From Patescibacteria group bacterium (GTDB taxonomy: Bacteria; Patescibacteriota; UBA1384; XYA2-FULL-43-10): a stretch of DNA of 32,000 bases. The stretch spans positions 25,153-57,152 of the forward strand of contig JBAYVT010000006.1 in NCBI GenBank assembly GCA_041674405.1, written 5' to 3'. The position numbers and the translations under genes are program-made. The first letter of the stretch is position 1. Each line of letters opens with the position of its first letter. The notes beneath the pieces are model-generated. The model did no database searches and was not told where the DNA came from. It worked only from the letters and a program-made list of their open reading frames with translations. Shown here piece after piece: positions 17,275 through 26,600 of the stretch.

Positions 17275-19908
17275 TTGAAAACTATTTTATCAGAGGGATC
17301 TCGGAAATTATTTTATCTTGCCACAATAATTTTGGTATTGTTCTCAACAATCTTTGGTTATCAAATTCCCAAAAAAGCTTTTGCGGCCAGTTTTTATTGG
17401 AAGGGCGGTGCGGCAGGAGATGCCAACAACTGGAGCAACGCCGATAACTGGTCAGCTACTTCAGGCGGAGCCGGTGGAGCCGGTGTTCCGGGGGCGGGAG
17501 ATGCGGTTATCTTCAACGCGGCGACTAGTGCTGTCAATTGCAGTTTAACTTCATCGGTTGAGGTTGGTTCAATTACAAATATAAACACCGGCGGTTATAA
17601 TGGAACTCTGGCTATTTCTAGCTACGCATTAACGATAAATGGAAATCTAGACTGGGAAAGGGGATCTTTAACTGCGACAACTGGCGCTTTGAATGTGGGC
17701 GGGGACTTCCTAACATATAGTTACACCGCCGGGACTAGCACCGTAACTTTGAGTGGCGAAAATAAACTTCTCACCCCGGGCTGTAGAACATACTACAACT
17801 TAGTCGTAGCTGGTAATATGTCCGGTTCGGGCTGCTTTACGGTCACCCATAACCTTACAATTAATTCAGGCAAAACTTTAACAACGACCAGTAGCAATGC
17901 AAGTGTGATTAGTAAAGACGCAACGCTTGTTATTGACGGAACTATGGATGGTATCGGGCTTTTGGAATTTGACGATTCTACTTCAAGTACAATTTCCGGT
18001 TCGGGAAATATAAATCTGTCGGTTGATTTTAGGCCAGTGACTGGAAATATTGTAATTCCGGCCAGAACCTATGGCGGCCGGGTACAAGTAGTTAATTATT
18101 CCAATACTGACTATTCAGCTACCTTGGGAAGTGCGGCAGGGCAGACCATCACTTGCGATGGTTTTTCGGTCACTAATCGTTACGATCCTTATCGCCAAGG
18201 TGCCGGAGATATCACAGTTCTGGGAGATACTTATAATCCAAATATGGTCATAAATGGTAGCTTGACGATGAGTGGCACGGGCACGGGCACCAGGACTCTT
18301 TCAATGGGTAGTGGCGACTGGACGGTTAGCGGAAGCGTCAATGTTGCCGGTGGCACTTTGACTAATGCTAATGGCAAGATCACCTTGGATGGGAACAACA
18401 CTTATGACTGGAATGCTTTGGGCACCGGCATCGATAGCAATGTTTATTCGATGGTGGTCTGGGATAATAAGCTGGTTATTGGAACCGACTGGATGACAAC
18501 TGCCGGCGGGGTGTCGGCCAATGGTGTGGCAGTCTGGGATGGATATAGTTGGAGTGCACTTGGCGATGGCATCGATGGTTACGTTTACTCTTTGGCAGTT
18601 TATAACGGCGATTTAATCGCTGCCGGCTATATCGAAGGGTCTGGAAGCACAACTATGTACGGACCGCTTAGGTGGACCGGAACTAACTGGGTCGAGCTTG
18701 GAACCTGGACCGATCCGTATGATTTCAGTGCAATGATCGTATATAATGGCAATTTGATAGTTGGTGGTGATTTTACTGATGCCGCAGGGGTTCCTGCCGA
18801 TGGCGTTGCCTCATGGAACGGAACATCCTGGTCGAGCGTTGGCACTGGCTTGGTTACAAGTCCATGGGATGATATTGTCAATGCACTTGCAATCTACGAT
18901 GGCCATCTTGTGGCCGCTGGATCATTTGACACAGATCACGGCTCGGTAGCCGACTGGATCGCCTATTTCGATGGAGCAAATTGGCAGAATATGGGTAACT
19001 TAGTTCCTGGTTTTTTCTCAAACTGGAGCACAATTTTCTCCCTCCTTGTAAAAGGTGGCAATTTATATATTGGCGGTGTGCTCGGGAAAACCGATTATCT
19101 TTCCGAATCCCAGCCTGTCGGAGTTTGGGACGGAGATAATTGGTCAATTTTAGGCGATGGCCAAACATATGGAGTAGGATTTTCGCTTTTGGATTTTAAC
19201 GATGAAATATATGCAACGAGCGTAGTTTCAGCCCCAAGTGGCACTCCTGGAATCGGAGGAATAAGCAGGTGGAATGGCACAAGCTGGCTGCCAGTTGGTG
19301 AGGATACTGATTATTCTATGACCACTTTTTCTGCATTGGCCGAATACAACGATGAGCTCTACACTGGTGGTCCATACGCAAGAATCGGTTCGGGGAGCGC
19401 ATATTATATCGCCCGTTATTCGCATCCATATTTTGTCGCTGGTTCCAACTCATTCAACGATATCACAATCTCGAGTGATTCAACTGCGCCCATAACTTTT
19501 TCAGATTCTTTAAGTATTGACGGGACATTTGCTGATAATACAGCAGGTTCAATACTTAAGTTTCACAATGGATCAACCTTTGAATTTCCAGAAGTTGATC
19601 TGGATGGTTCTTCCGGCCATCTTATTATCCTTCAAAGTACAGATAGCGGGGAGAGCTGGTTTTTAAATGTAAGCAATCCTTCTCCAAGTGTCTCATATAT
19701 TGATGTCTCGGATTCAGATGCTTCCGGCGGTAGTGAAATACTGGCAACGAATAGTACCGGTGATGGCAACCAGAACTGGAATTTTGGTGAATCTGATCCG
19801 CCACAAGACGATGAACAGGTTCCGGGCGATCAAACCAATCCGATAAATAATGTTGGTGGGACAGCTATTATTTCTATTCTGCCCCAAACTGGCTGCGACT
19901 TGTATTAG
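17275..19908 (+). CDS. Large secreted/cell-surface protein: signal peptide, beta-rich N-terminal region, propeller-like repeats
   Basis: TTG start with GAGGGGA SD; signal peptide ending KKAFAAS; 'YWKGGAAGDANNWSNADNWS' region; about 6 repeats of the type 'ADGVASWNGTSWSSVGTGL...VNALAIYDGHLVAAGSF'; C-terminus ILPQTGCDLY. Confidence 0.85.
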   Translation: MKTILSEGSRKLFYLATIILVLFSTIFGYQIPKKAFAASFYWKGGAAGDANNWSNADNWSATSGGAGGAGVPGAGDAVIFNAATSAVNCSLTSSVEVGSITNINTGGYNGTLAISSYALTINGNLDWERGSLTATTGALNVGGDFLTYSYTAGTSTVTLSGENKLLTPGCRTYYNLVVAGNMSGSGCFTVTHNLTINSGKTLTTTSSNASVISKDATLVIDGTMDGIGLLEFDDSTSSTISGSGNINLSVDFRPVTGNIVIPARTYGGRVQVVNYSNTDYSATLGSAAGQTITCDGFSVTNRYDPYRQGAGDITVLGDTYNPNMVINGSLTMSGTGTGTRTLSMGSGDWTVSGSVNVAGGTLTNANGKITLDGNNTYDWNALGTGIDSNVYSMVVWDNKLVIGTDWMTTAGGVSANGVAVWDGYSWSALGDGIDGYVYSLAVYNGDLIAAGYIEGSGSTTMYGPLRWTGTNWVELGTWTDPYDFSAMIVYNGNLIVGGDFTDAAGVPADGVASWNGTSWSSVGTGLVTSPWDDIVNALAIYDGHLVAAGSFDTDHGSVADWIAYFDGANWQNMGNLVPGFFSNWSTIFSLLVKGGNLYIGGVLGKTDYLSESQPVGVWDGDNWSILGDGQTYGVGFSLLDFNDEIYATSVVSAPSGTPGIGGISRWNGTSWLPVGEDTDYSMTTFSALAEYNDELYTGGPYARIGSGSAYYIARYSHPYFVAGSNSFNDITISSDSTAPITFSDSLSIDGTFADNTAGSILKFHNGSTFEFPEVDLDGSSGHLIILQSTDSGESWFLNVSNPSPSVSYIDVSDSDASGGSEILATNSTGDGNQNWNFGESDPPQDDEQVPGDQTNPINNVGGTAIISILPQTGCDLY

Positions 19909-19928
19909 ATTTTGACTTGGTAATCATT

Positions 19929-19951
19929 ATCACCTTTCGAGGTGATTTTTT
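19929..19951 (+). terminator. Intrinsic terminator after the surface protein
   Basis: ATCACCT-TTCG-AGGTGAT followed by a T-run. Confidence 0.85.
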
Positions 19952-19990
19952 GATTGATGAATAATGCCGATCGCGATATAATAAGATCTC

Positions 19991-21931
19991 ATGGAAGATT
20001 TATTTTCAGGATTAAATTCGATGCAAAAGGAAGCGGTCCTTGCGACAGAAGGACCAGTTTTGGTATTGGCGGGTGCGGGTAGTGGAAAGACCAAAACCTT
20101 GACGCACAGGATTGCATATCTCATACGTGAAAAAAATGTTTCGCCGTACAATATTCTTTCGGTAACATTTACAAATAAGGCGGCTGGCGAAATGTCTGAA
20201 CGAGTGGGTAATTTACTACTGACCACAGACCATCGGCTACAGACTAACAGATTACCTTGGATGGGAACTTTTCACTCAATTTGCGTGCGAATATTGCGGC
20301 GGGAGGCGGAACATATCGGGATGAGCCGGAATTTTACCATTTATGACGATGGCGATCAGCTTTCAATCATCAAATCCTGTATGAAAGAATTAAATATCGA
20401 CCCGAAAGAATTCAATCCACGATCGATCCAGTATTTTATTTCCGGTGCAAAAAATGAGCTCATGGGTCCGGAAGAATACAAAAAATATATCAATTCGCCT
20501 TTTGAGAAGATGACCTCGCAGGTTTATGACAAGTATCAAAAATATTTACGAGAGGCAAATGCTTTCGATTTCGATGACCTAATCATGCAATGCGTGGTTC
20601 TATTTCAGAAGAATCCGCAAATACTCGAGCGATATCAGGCCCAGTTCAAATATATTCTTATCGATGAGTATCAGGACACGAATCAGGCGCAGTATATGTG
20701 GGCGAAGCTTCTCTCCGCCAAGCACAAAAACATCATGGTTGTTGGTGATGATTATCAGGCGATCTACTCTTGGCGAGGAGCGAATTTCAAGAACATTTTG
20801 AATTTTGAGAAAGATTACAAGAATGCCAAAGTAGTGAAACTTGAACAGAATTATCGCTCTACCGGAACGATCCTTGAGGCGGGGAATGAAGTTATTAAAT
20901 ACAATCGCAACAAGACTGACAAAAAGCTATGGACAGAAAATGATGCCGGACGGCTAATCACCGTCTACGAAGCACTAAACGAGAAGGATGAGGCGGAATT
21001 TATTGCCTGCGAACTAAGATCTTTGTGTAAAGACGGCCATTTGTCGGATTACGCAGTTTTATACCGGACAAATGCCCAGTCGCGAGCGGTGGAGGAAATC
21101 TTCATGCGTTTTGCTATTCCATACAGAGTGGTTGGAGGAGTGCGCTTTTACGAGCGAAAAGAAATCAAGGACATGATCGCATATCTGCGCTTGGTCGCGA
21201 ATCCCAATGATTTTGAAGCTTTGAAACGAGTTGTTGTCGCTCCGCCGCGAGGGATTGGGGAAAAAACGCTGAGTCAGGTATCACCTGCAGGAGGGGGTAT
21301 CACGTATCAGGCGGGGGAGGCAGAACTCACAAAATTACCGAAAAAAATTCAGGAATTCTATCAGATTCTTGCCGAAATCAAAAAGGCTGCTCGGGACATG
21401 GATCTTGCCGATCTTATCGAACACATCGCAATTAAAGCCGGATTTAAAAATTTCCTACTCGATGGCACCCCAGAGGGGGAGGGCAGATGGGAAAATGTGG
21501 AAGAACTTATGGGCGTTGCCGCTGACAGAGATAAAAACGAAATTGATGAAATCGATCTTGACGATTCTGAATCCGGCATGTCAAAGCTCGATAAATTTCT
21601 TGAGCGGGTGGCACTGATTCAGGACATGGACACATATGATCCAAATGCAGAATCCGTAACTTTGATGACTTTGCATTCAGCTAAGGGACTAGAATTTGAG
21701 ACAGTTTTTATCATAGGAATGGAGGAGGGGATTTTTCCACATTCACGATCAACGATGGACGAGGCAGAAATGGAAGAGGAGCGAAGGCTTTGCTATGTGG
21801 GCATCACCCGGGCAAAAAAGCGGCTTTATTTACTATATGCCAATGAGCGAAATATCTATGGCAGATTCCAAAGCAACCCAAAATCGAGGTTTATTGAAAA
21901 TATACCTGAGCACTTGCTCGATACGATTTAG
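19991..21931 (+). CDS. pcrA: UvrD/PcrA-family SF1 DNA helicase
   Basis: LNSMQKEAVLATEGPVLVLAGAGSGKTKTLTHRIAYLI; TFHSICVRILRRE; YILIDEYQDTNQAQY; VVGDDYQAIYSWRGA; LEQNYRST; VTLMTLHSAKGLEFETVFIIGMEEGIFPH; EERRLCYVGITRAKKRLYL. Confidence 0.95.
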   Translation: MEDLFSGLNSMQKEAVLATEGPVLVLAGAGSGKTKTLTHRIAYLIREKNVSPYNILSVTFTNKAAGEMSERVGNLLLTTDHRLQTNRLPWMGTFHSICVRILRREAEHIGMSRNFTIYDDGDQLSIIKSCMKELNIDPKEFNPRSIQYFISGAKNELMGPEEYKKYINSPFEKMTSQVYDKYQKYLREANAFDFDDLIMQCVVLFQKNPQILERYQAQFKYILIDEYQDTNQAQYMWAKLLSAKHKNIMVVGDDYQAIYSWRGANFKNILNFEKDYKNAKVVKLEQNYRSTGTILEAGNEVIKYNRNKTDKKLWTENDAGRLITVYEALNEKDEAEFIACELRSLCKDGHLSDYAVLYRTNAQSRAVEEIFMRFAIPYRVVGGVRFYERKEIKDMIAYLRLVANPNDFEALKRVVVAPPRGIGEKTLSQVSPAGGGITYQAGEAELTKLPKKIQEFYQILAEIKKAARDMDLADLIEHIAIKAGFKNFLLDGTPEGEGRWENVEELMGVAADRDKNEIDEIDLDDSESGMSKLDKFLERVALIQDMDTYDPNAESVTLMTLHSAKGLEFETVFIIGMEEGIFPHSRSTMDEAEMEEERRLCYVGITRAKKRLYLLYANERNIYGRFQSNPKSRFIENIPEHLLDTI

Positions 21932-21991
21932 ATACATCTTGCTCAAAAATCGGTTCTAAAATACAATAGAAGGTGCATCCCTGATGCGATT

Positions 21992-22981
21992 ATGAACCTA
22001 ATTATGAAATGGATTGCGCTTATCATCGGCCCGGTGGCGATGGCGGCGGGATCCACAAATATAAATAATCTCCCGGTGGAAACTACGAGCACAAAATATG
22101 CCCAGTCATATTTTGTTGAGGAGCATTTACCGAACGGATCAGTCGGTCAAACATTTTCTGGTAAAAGCAGCGCAAAAGAGATATTTTCGGCGGTGAAAGA
22201 CATCGGCGCAGCGCCATATCCCGAAGATAAACTTGAACCATTCTTCTCCAAAGATTTTGTCCTTGGAAGCTATGTGAAAATGTATCGCGCACCATCTTAT
22301 GAGGTTTTTGATGGTAAAAAACATGCCACATATCGATCGTGGACAACAAATGTGGGAGAGTTGTTATCGGAAAAACATATTGAACTAGGTAAAGACGATA
22401 AGATAAATTTTGCTGCCGACTTTCCGATTGAAGAAGGGATGACGATTAGAATCACAAGGGTGGCGCACACCCAAGTTGTTGAGAATCAAGATATCGATTT
22501 TTCTGTCATCAAAAAAGATGATCCGAATTTAGATCAGGGAAAAACCACCATTAGGCAAGCTGGTAAAAAAGGTCAACGAGCCTTGACGTATGCAGTAACG
22601 CGTGAAGACGGGGTTGAAGTGGCGAGAGTTTTGATCAGCAATGAAGTTATGTCAGAACCTATTGACGAAATATTGATGATTGGAACGCGGCCGGTTATCA
22701 CAACTGCCTGCAGACACAATGATACGGTGATTGCAGCCAGTATAAAATATGGCACTAAGCCAAATGAATTATGCTATCGGATGATGGCGGAAAGCCATGG
22801 CAATTCGCTGTCGGACGGAGGGGCGTACAAAGGATTATTTCAATACACCCCGTCCCTATGGGAACAGATTTCTCCGAAAGCCGGCTATTCCGGTGCGAGC
22901 ATTTGGGATGCCGCAGCACAGATCTATACCACCGCTTGGGCCTGGACTCACGGATACCGCGGCCGCTGGCCGAGCCCGTAA
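21992..22981 (+). CDS. Rpf/YabE-like cell-wall protein: G5-type domain plus lytic-transglycosylase-like C-terminus
   Basis: Signal-like N-terminus; G5/DUF348-like segment (DFPIEEGMTIRITRVAHTQVVENQDIDFSVIKKDDPNLDQGKTTIRQAGKKGQRALTYAVTREDGVEVARVLIS); catalytic-like MMAESHGNSLSDGGAYKGLFQYTPSLWEQ. Confidence 0.75.
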   Translation: MNLIMKWIALIIGPVAMAAGSTNINNLPVETTSTKYAQSYFVEEHLPNGSVGQTFSGKSSAKEIFSAVKDIGAAPYPEDKLEPFFSKDFVLGSYVKMYRAPSYEVFDGKKHATYRSWTTNVGELLSEKHIELGKDDKINFAADFPIEEGMTIRITRVAHTQVVENQDIDFSVIKKDDPNLDQGKTTIRQAGKKGQRALTYAVTREDGVEVARVLISNEVMSEPIDEILMIGTRPVITTACRHNDTVIAASIKYGTKPNELCYRMMAESHGNSLSDGGAYKGLFQYTPSLWEQISPKAGYSGASIWDAAAQIYTTAWAWTHGYRGRWPSP

Positions 22982-23049
22982 TTTTAACGAAAAGCCACTA
23001 AGTGGCCCCTTTGGGGTTAATAACTAAAAACTAATAACCAATTGAAAAA

Positions 23050-23907
23050 ATGTTTGAATCAAAAGAAAAACTGATCCAGTATCTCAAAGAAAATCACCTC
23101 TACACCAACAAATTGCTGGGGCAGAATTTTTTGGTGGATGAAAACGCTCTGACTAAAATTATTGAAGCGGGTGATATTGAACCTGCAGATACCATTATCG
23201 AAATCGGACCTGGGTTGGGGGTACTGACGGAGAGGCTAGTAGAAAAGGCCAACAAGGTAATTTCCATTGAACTGGATCAAAAACTCGCAGAGCTTTTATC
23301 TCAAAATTCAAATCTCAAATCTCAAATTGAAATCTCAAAACTTGAAATCTTGAATGCTAATGCATTAGATTTTGATCTATCTAAGCTGCAAGCTGAAAGC
23401 TACAAGCTAATAGCTAACATTCCTTATTACATCACTTCGAAAATTCTGGAGAAATTTTTGACAGCGGAAAAAAAGCCGAAAACTATCGTTCTTCTCGTTC
23501 AGAAAGAGGTGGCGGAGAGAATTTGCGCACCGTCCGGCGCAATGTCGGTTTTATCCGTTGCGGTACAGGCATACGGAGAACCGGAAATAGTTGACATCGT
23601 TTCGGCAGCATCATTCTTTCCGGCACCGAAGGTTGACTCAGCGATCTTGAAAGTGAAAGGTATAAATTGGAAAGTGAAAAGTATTACGGAAAAAGATTTC
23701 TTTCAGGTGGTCAAGATCGGGTTTGCGGCACGGAGGAAAACGCTTCTCAATAATTTATCGGCGGCCTTAAGGCTTGACAAGGGTACTATCCTAAACATTT
23801 TAAAATCTGTAAAATTAAATGAGAATGTGCGTGCACAGGAGCTGTCGATCGCGGAGTGGCAAACACTCGCGATCAATGTCAAATTAAAAATTTCAAATGA
23901 CAAATAA
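23050..23907 (+). CDS. rsmA: 16S rRNA (adenine1518-N6/adenine1519-N6)-dimethyltransferase
   Basis: LGQNFLVDENALTKIIEAGDIEPADTIIEIGPGLGVLTERL; LIANIPYYITSKILEKFL; VLLVQKEVAERICAP. Confidence 0.95.
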   Translation: MFESKEKLIQYLKENHLYTNKLLGQNFLVDENALTKIIEAGDIEPADTIIEIGPGLGVLTERLVEKANKVISIELDQKLAELLSQNSNLKSQIEISKLEILNANALDFDLSKLQAESYKLIANIPYYITSKILEKFLTAEKKPKTIVLLVQKEVAERICAPSGAMSVLSVAVQAYGEPEIVDIVSAASFFPAPKVDSAILKVKGINWKVKSITEKDFFQVVKIGFAARRKTLLNNLSAALRLDKGTILNILKSVKLNENVRAQELSIAEWQTLAINVKLKISNDK

Positions 23908-23995
23908 AATGACGAACTTTGGTCAGAATGTATCCATTGGAAATTTCATTTGAAATTAGATATTCGGATTTAGTCATTCACGCCGGAGGTGTGTT

Positions 23996-25375
23996 GTGAG
24001 GGGCAAGGACATTTTAGAAAAAGTAGTCGAGTCACCAGCAAAGGCGCTGGATGAAACGATTAAGGGTGGTGAGGCAGTTATCAGTGCTGTCGAGAAACAA
24101 GCGCCCGTGAAAAAGGCTGGAGAATTTTGGAATATTTTGGGTCCCGGTCTCACAACTGGTGCATCAGACGATGATCCTTCGGGTATTGCGACTTACTCGC
24201 AAACAGGCGCTAAGTATGGCTTTCAGCTTTTGTGGCTGGCGCCACTCACATTTCCGCTAATGGCGGTTGTTCAGGAAACTTGCGCTCGTATCGGTTTGGT
24301 GACCGGTCGCGGATTAGCAGCGAATATCCGCCAGCATTTTCCACGCTGGGTTCTTTACACTGCGACAATTTTGCTTTTTATTGCCAATACGTTCAATATT
24401 GGCGCCGATCTAGGCGCTCTGGCTGAGGCAGCAAGACTTTTCGTTCCAGATCTAAATTACTCATTGATTCTAATTGCTTTCGCGCTTTTCATTGTGCTTT
24501 TGCAAATATTCTCGACTTACAAAAAATATGCAACCTATCTAAAGTGGCTGGCACTGCTACTATTGTCATACGTTTTTTCGACCTTGATGATCAGGGGTCT
24601 TGATTGGAAGCAAATCGGCTTAAGCACTGTCGTGCCAAATCTTTCCCTTGGCCGTGAACAAATCATACTGATCTGCGGGATTCTGGGTACGACAATTTCG
24701 CCATATCTCTTCTTTTGGCAAACATCTCAAGAAGTCGAACAGGACATCTCTGACGGTAGGACGACGATTGCCGCGAGGCAGGCTTGCGCTGATCCGAAAC
24801 AAATATCCGATATGAGAATCGATGTCTGGTCGGGTATGTTTCTCTCGAACATGGTAATGTTTTTCATTGTCACTGCTTGTGCTGCAACCCTAAATGTTCA
24901 AGGAATCACGGAAATAGGCACTGCGGCCCAGGCGGCAGAAGCCCTGCGGCCACTTGCGGGAGACGCGGCTTATCTGCTTTTTGCGATCGGAATTTTTGGC
25001 ACAGGTCTCCTTGGGATTCCAGTTCTTGCCGGTTCGGCGGCTTATGCTATTTCTGAGAGTTATGGCTGGCGCTCAGGCTTAAACTATAAACTACGCCAAG
25101 CCTCGGCATTTTATGGAGTCCTGATCATCTCAATTATGATCGGCGTCGGCCTTAATTTCATCGGCCTTGACCCGATTCGGGCGCTCATTTATTCTGCTGT
25201 TGCTAATGGCTTAGTCGCGCCGGTCGTACTGGTTCTCATAGTTCTCCTTGCATCAAGCAAAAAAATCATGGGTCGTTGGGTTTCCGGGCCGGTAACAAGA
25301 GTTATCGGCTGGATTGCAACTTCTCTCATGATTATTGCAGGACTCGCAACTATTTACTCGATATTTTGGGGGTAG
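23996..25375 (+). CDS. Nramp-family-related divalent metal/Mg transporter
   Basis: GPGLTTGASDDDPSGIATYSQTGAKYGFQLLWL in the TM1 position and LGTTISPYLFFWQTSQEVEQD in the TM6 position; ~11 TM segments. Confidence 0.85.
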   Translation: MRGKDILEKVVESPAKALDETIKGGEAVISAVEKQAPVKKAGEFWNILGPGLTTGASDDDPSGIATYSQTGAKYGFQLLWLAPLTFPLMAVVQETCARIGLVTGRGLAANIRQHFPRWVLYTATILLFIANTFNIGADLGALAEAARLFVPDLNYSLILIAFALFIVLLQIFSTYKKYATYLKWLALLLLSYVFSTLMIRGLDWKQIGLSTVVPNLSLGREQIILICGILGTTISPYLFFWQTSQEVEQDISDGRTTIAARQACADPKQISDMRIDVWSGMFLSNMVMFFIVTACAATLNVQGITEIGTAAQAAEALRPLAGDAAYLLFAIGIFGTGLLGIPVLAGSAAYAISESYGWRSGLNYKLRQASAFYGVLIISIMIGVGLNFIGLDPIRALIYSAVANGLVAPVVLVLIVLLASSKKIMGRWVSGPVTRVIGWIATSLMIIAGLATIYSIFWG

Positions 25376-25425
25376 GGGGTGTAGACCGGACTGCAAGCGC
25401 TGTGCGCGATGCTTTTGTGTCCGGT

Positions 25426-25719
25426 CTACGGGTCTGCGCTCAGTATTGCTGCGTTTAGATCTCGCAGCTGAAGTTGTGCTGGCTTGCCTTCCGGTGTTTG
25501 GGCCGGTAGGCTTATAGCGTATCTTCCGGGGTCAAAGGTTGCTCCGTGAAACGGGTTGTGCCCTTGTCCCTTGATGCCCTCTCCATTTCTGATGAAGCCG
25601 AGAAACCTGACAATTGTGGCCGGGTTCGCCATGTTACCGTCCCAATCGACCTCAAAAACGATTTTGGGGTCGGACGGTCCGGACGGAACGAGTCGAGCCG
25701 CGATCATATAGATTGCCAT
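25426..25719 (-). CDS. Small hypothetical protein (97 aa)
   Basis: MAIYMIAARLVPSGPSDPKIVFEVDWDGN...; strong SD (AAAGGGGG) before ATG on the minus strand; inverted repeat around the stop. No family recognised. Confidence 0.5.
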   Translation of the reverse strand: MAIYMIAARLVPSGPSDPKIVFEVDWDGNMANPATIVRFLGFIRNGEGIKGQGHNPFHGATFDPGRYAISLPAQTPEGKPAQLQLRDLNAAILSADP

Positions 25720-25865
25720 ACTGACCCCCTTTCTTCTGAGCGCGGCTTGATAATAGCACTAAAATAAAAAATGTGCTATACTTTTAAATTAATTCAAAAG
25801 TCAATCCGCCAGCTGGCGGACAAACGTCAAAATTGCAACTCAAAATTAATCAATTTTTTGGGTAA

Positions 25866-26600
25866 ATGGACATCGCAGATCAAAAATTCGGAACATTATA
25901 TATCGTCGCAACACCAATCGGGAATATGGGCGATATCACTTTGCGTGCGATCGAAACGCTGAAATCGGTCGATTTGATCGCTTGCGAAGATACGCGGGTA
26001 TCGAAAAAGCTTCTCGATCATCTTGGCATCCAGAAAAAAATGATTTCACTGCACCAACATTCCGGCGAAGACAAATTTAATTTGATTCTTCGGGCTCTTA
26101 CGAGGGGAGTTAATGTCGCGTACATCACCGATGGTGGCACCCCAGGAATTTCTGATCCGGGGCAAGAATTAGCTAAGAACTTAAAACTAAAAACTAATAA
26201 CTTAGTGAAGGTAATTCCAATACCGGGACCGTCAGCTGTTGTTGCAGCGATTTCTGTCTCAGGAATGGTCGAAAAAGAATTCTACTTTGTCGGATTTTTG
26301 CCGAAGAAAAAAGGCAGGCAAACCACGTTCAAATTTTTTGAATCGTTGAATTGTCCAATTGTTATTTACGAATCAGCGATCCGGCTTCAGAAGACATTAG
26401 AAGACGTCAAGAACTATCTCGGAGGGGATACCGAAGTCTTCATTGCGCGCGAGATGACAAAAATGTTCGAGGAATATTGGGGAGGCAATATCGAACATGT
26501 CATTTCTGAACTAAAAAACCACACGCTAAAAGGGGAGATAGTGCTAATAGTCAGAAAGTCCGTAAAGTCCGTAAAGTCAATAAAGTCGAATGACAACTAA
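25866..26600 (+). CDS. rsmI: 16S rRNA (cytidine1402-2'-O)-methyltransferase
   Basis: FGTLYIVATPIGNMGDITLRAIETLKSVDLIACEDTRVSKKLLDH; YITDGGTPGISDPG; IPIPGPSAVVAAISVSG; FVGFLPKK. Confidence 0.95.
   Translation: MDIADQKFGTLYIVATPIGNMGDITLRAIETLKSVDLIACEDTRVSKKLLDHLGIQKKMISLHQHSGEDKFNLILRALTRGVNVAYITDGGTPGISDPGQELAKNLKLKTNNLVKVIPIPGPSAVVAAISVSGMVEKEFYFVGFLPKKKGRQTTFKFFESLNCPIVIYESAIRLQKTLEDVKNYLGGDTEVFIAREMTKMFEEYWGGNIEHVISELKNHTLKGEIVLIVRKSVKSVKSIKSNDN

Noticed and set aside
19861-19908. Canonical sortase sorting signal in the 877-aa protein
   Set aside because: LPQTG is followed by only CDLY, with no hydrophobic helix or positive tail; reported only as an oddity.
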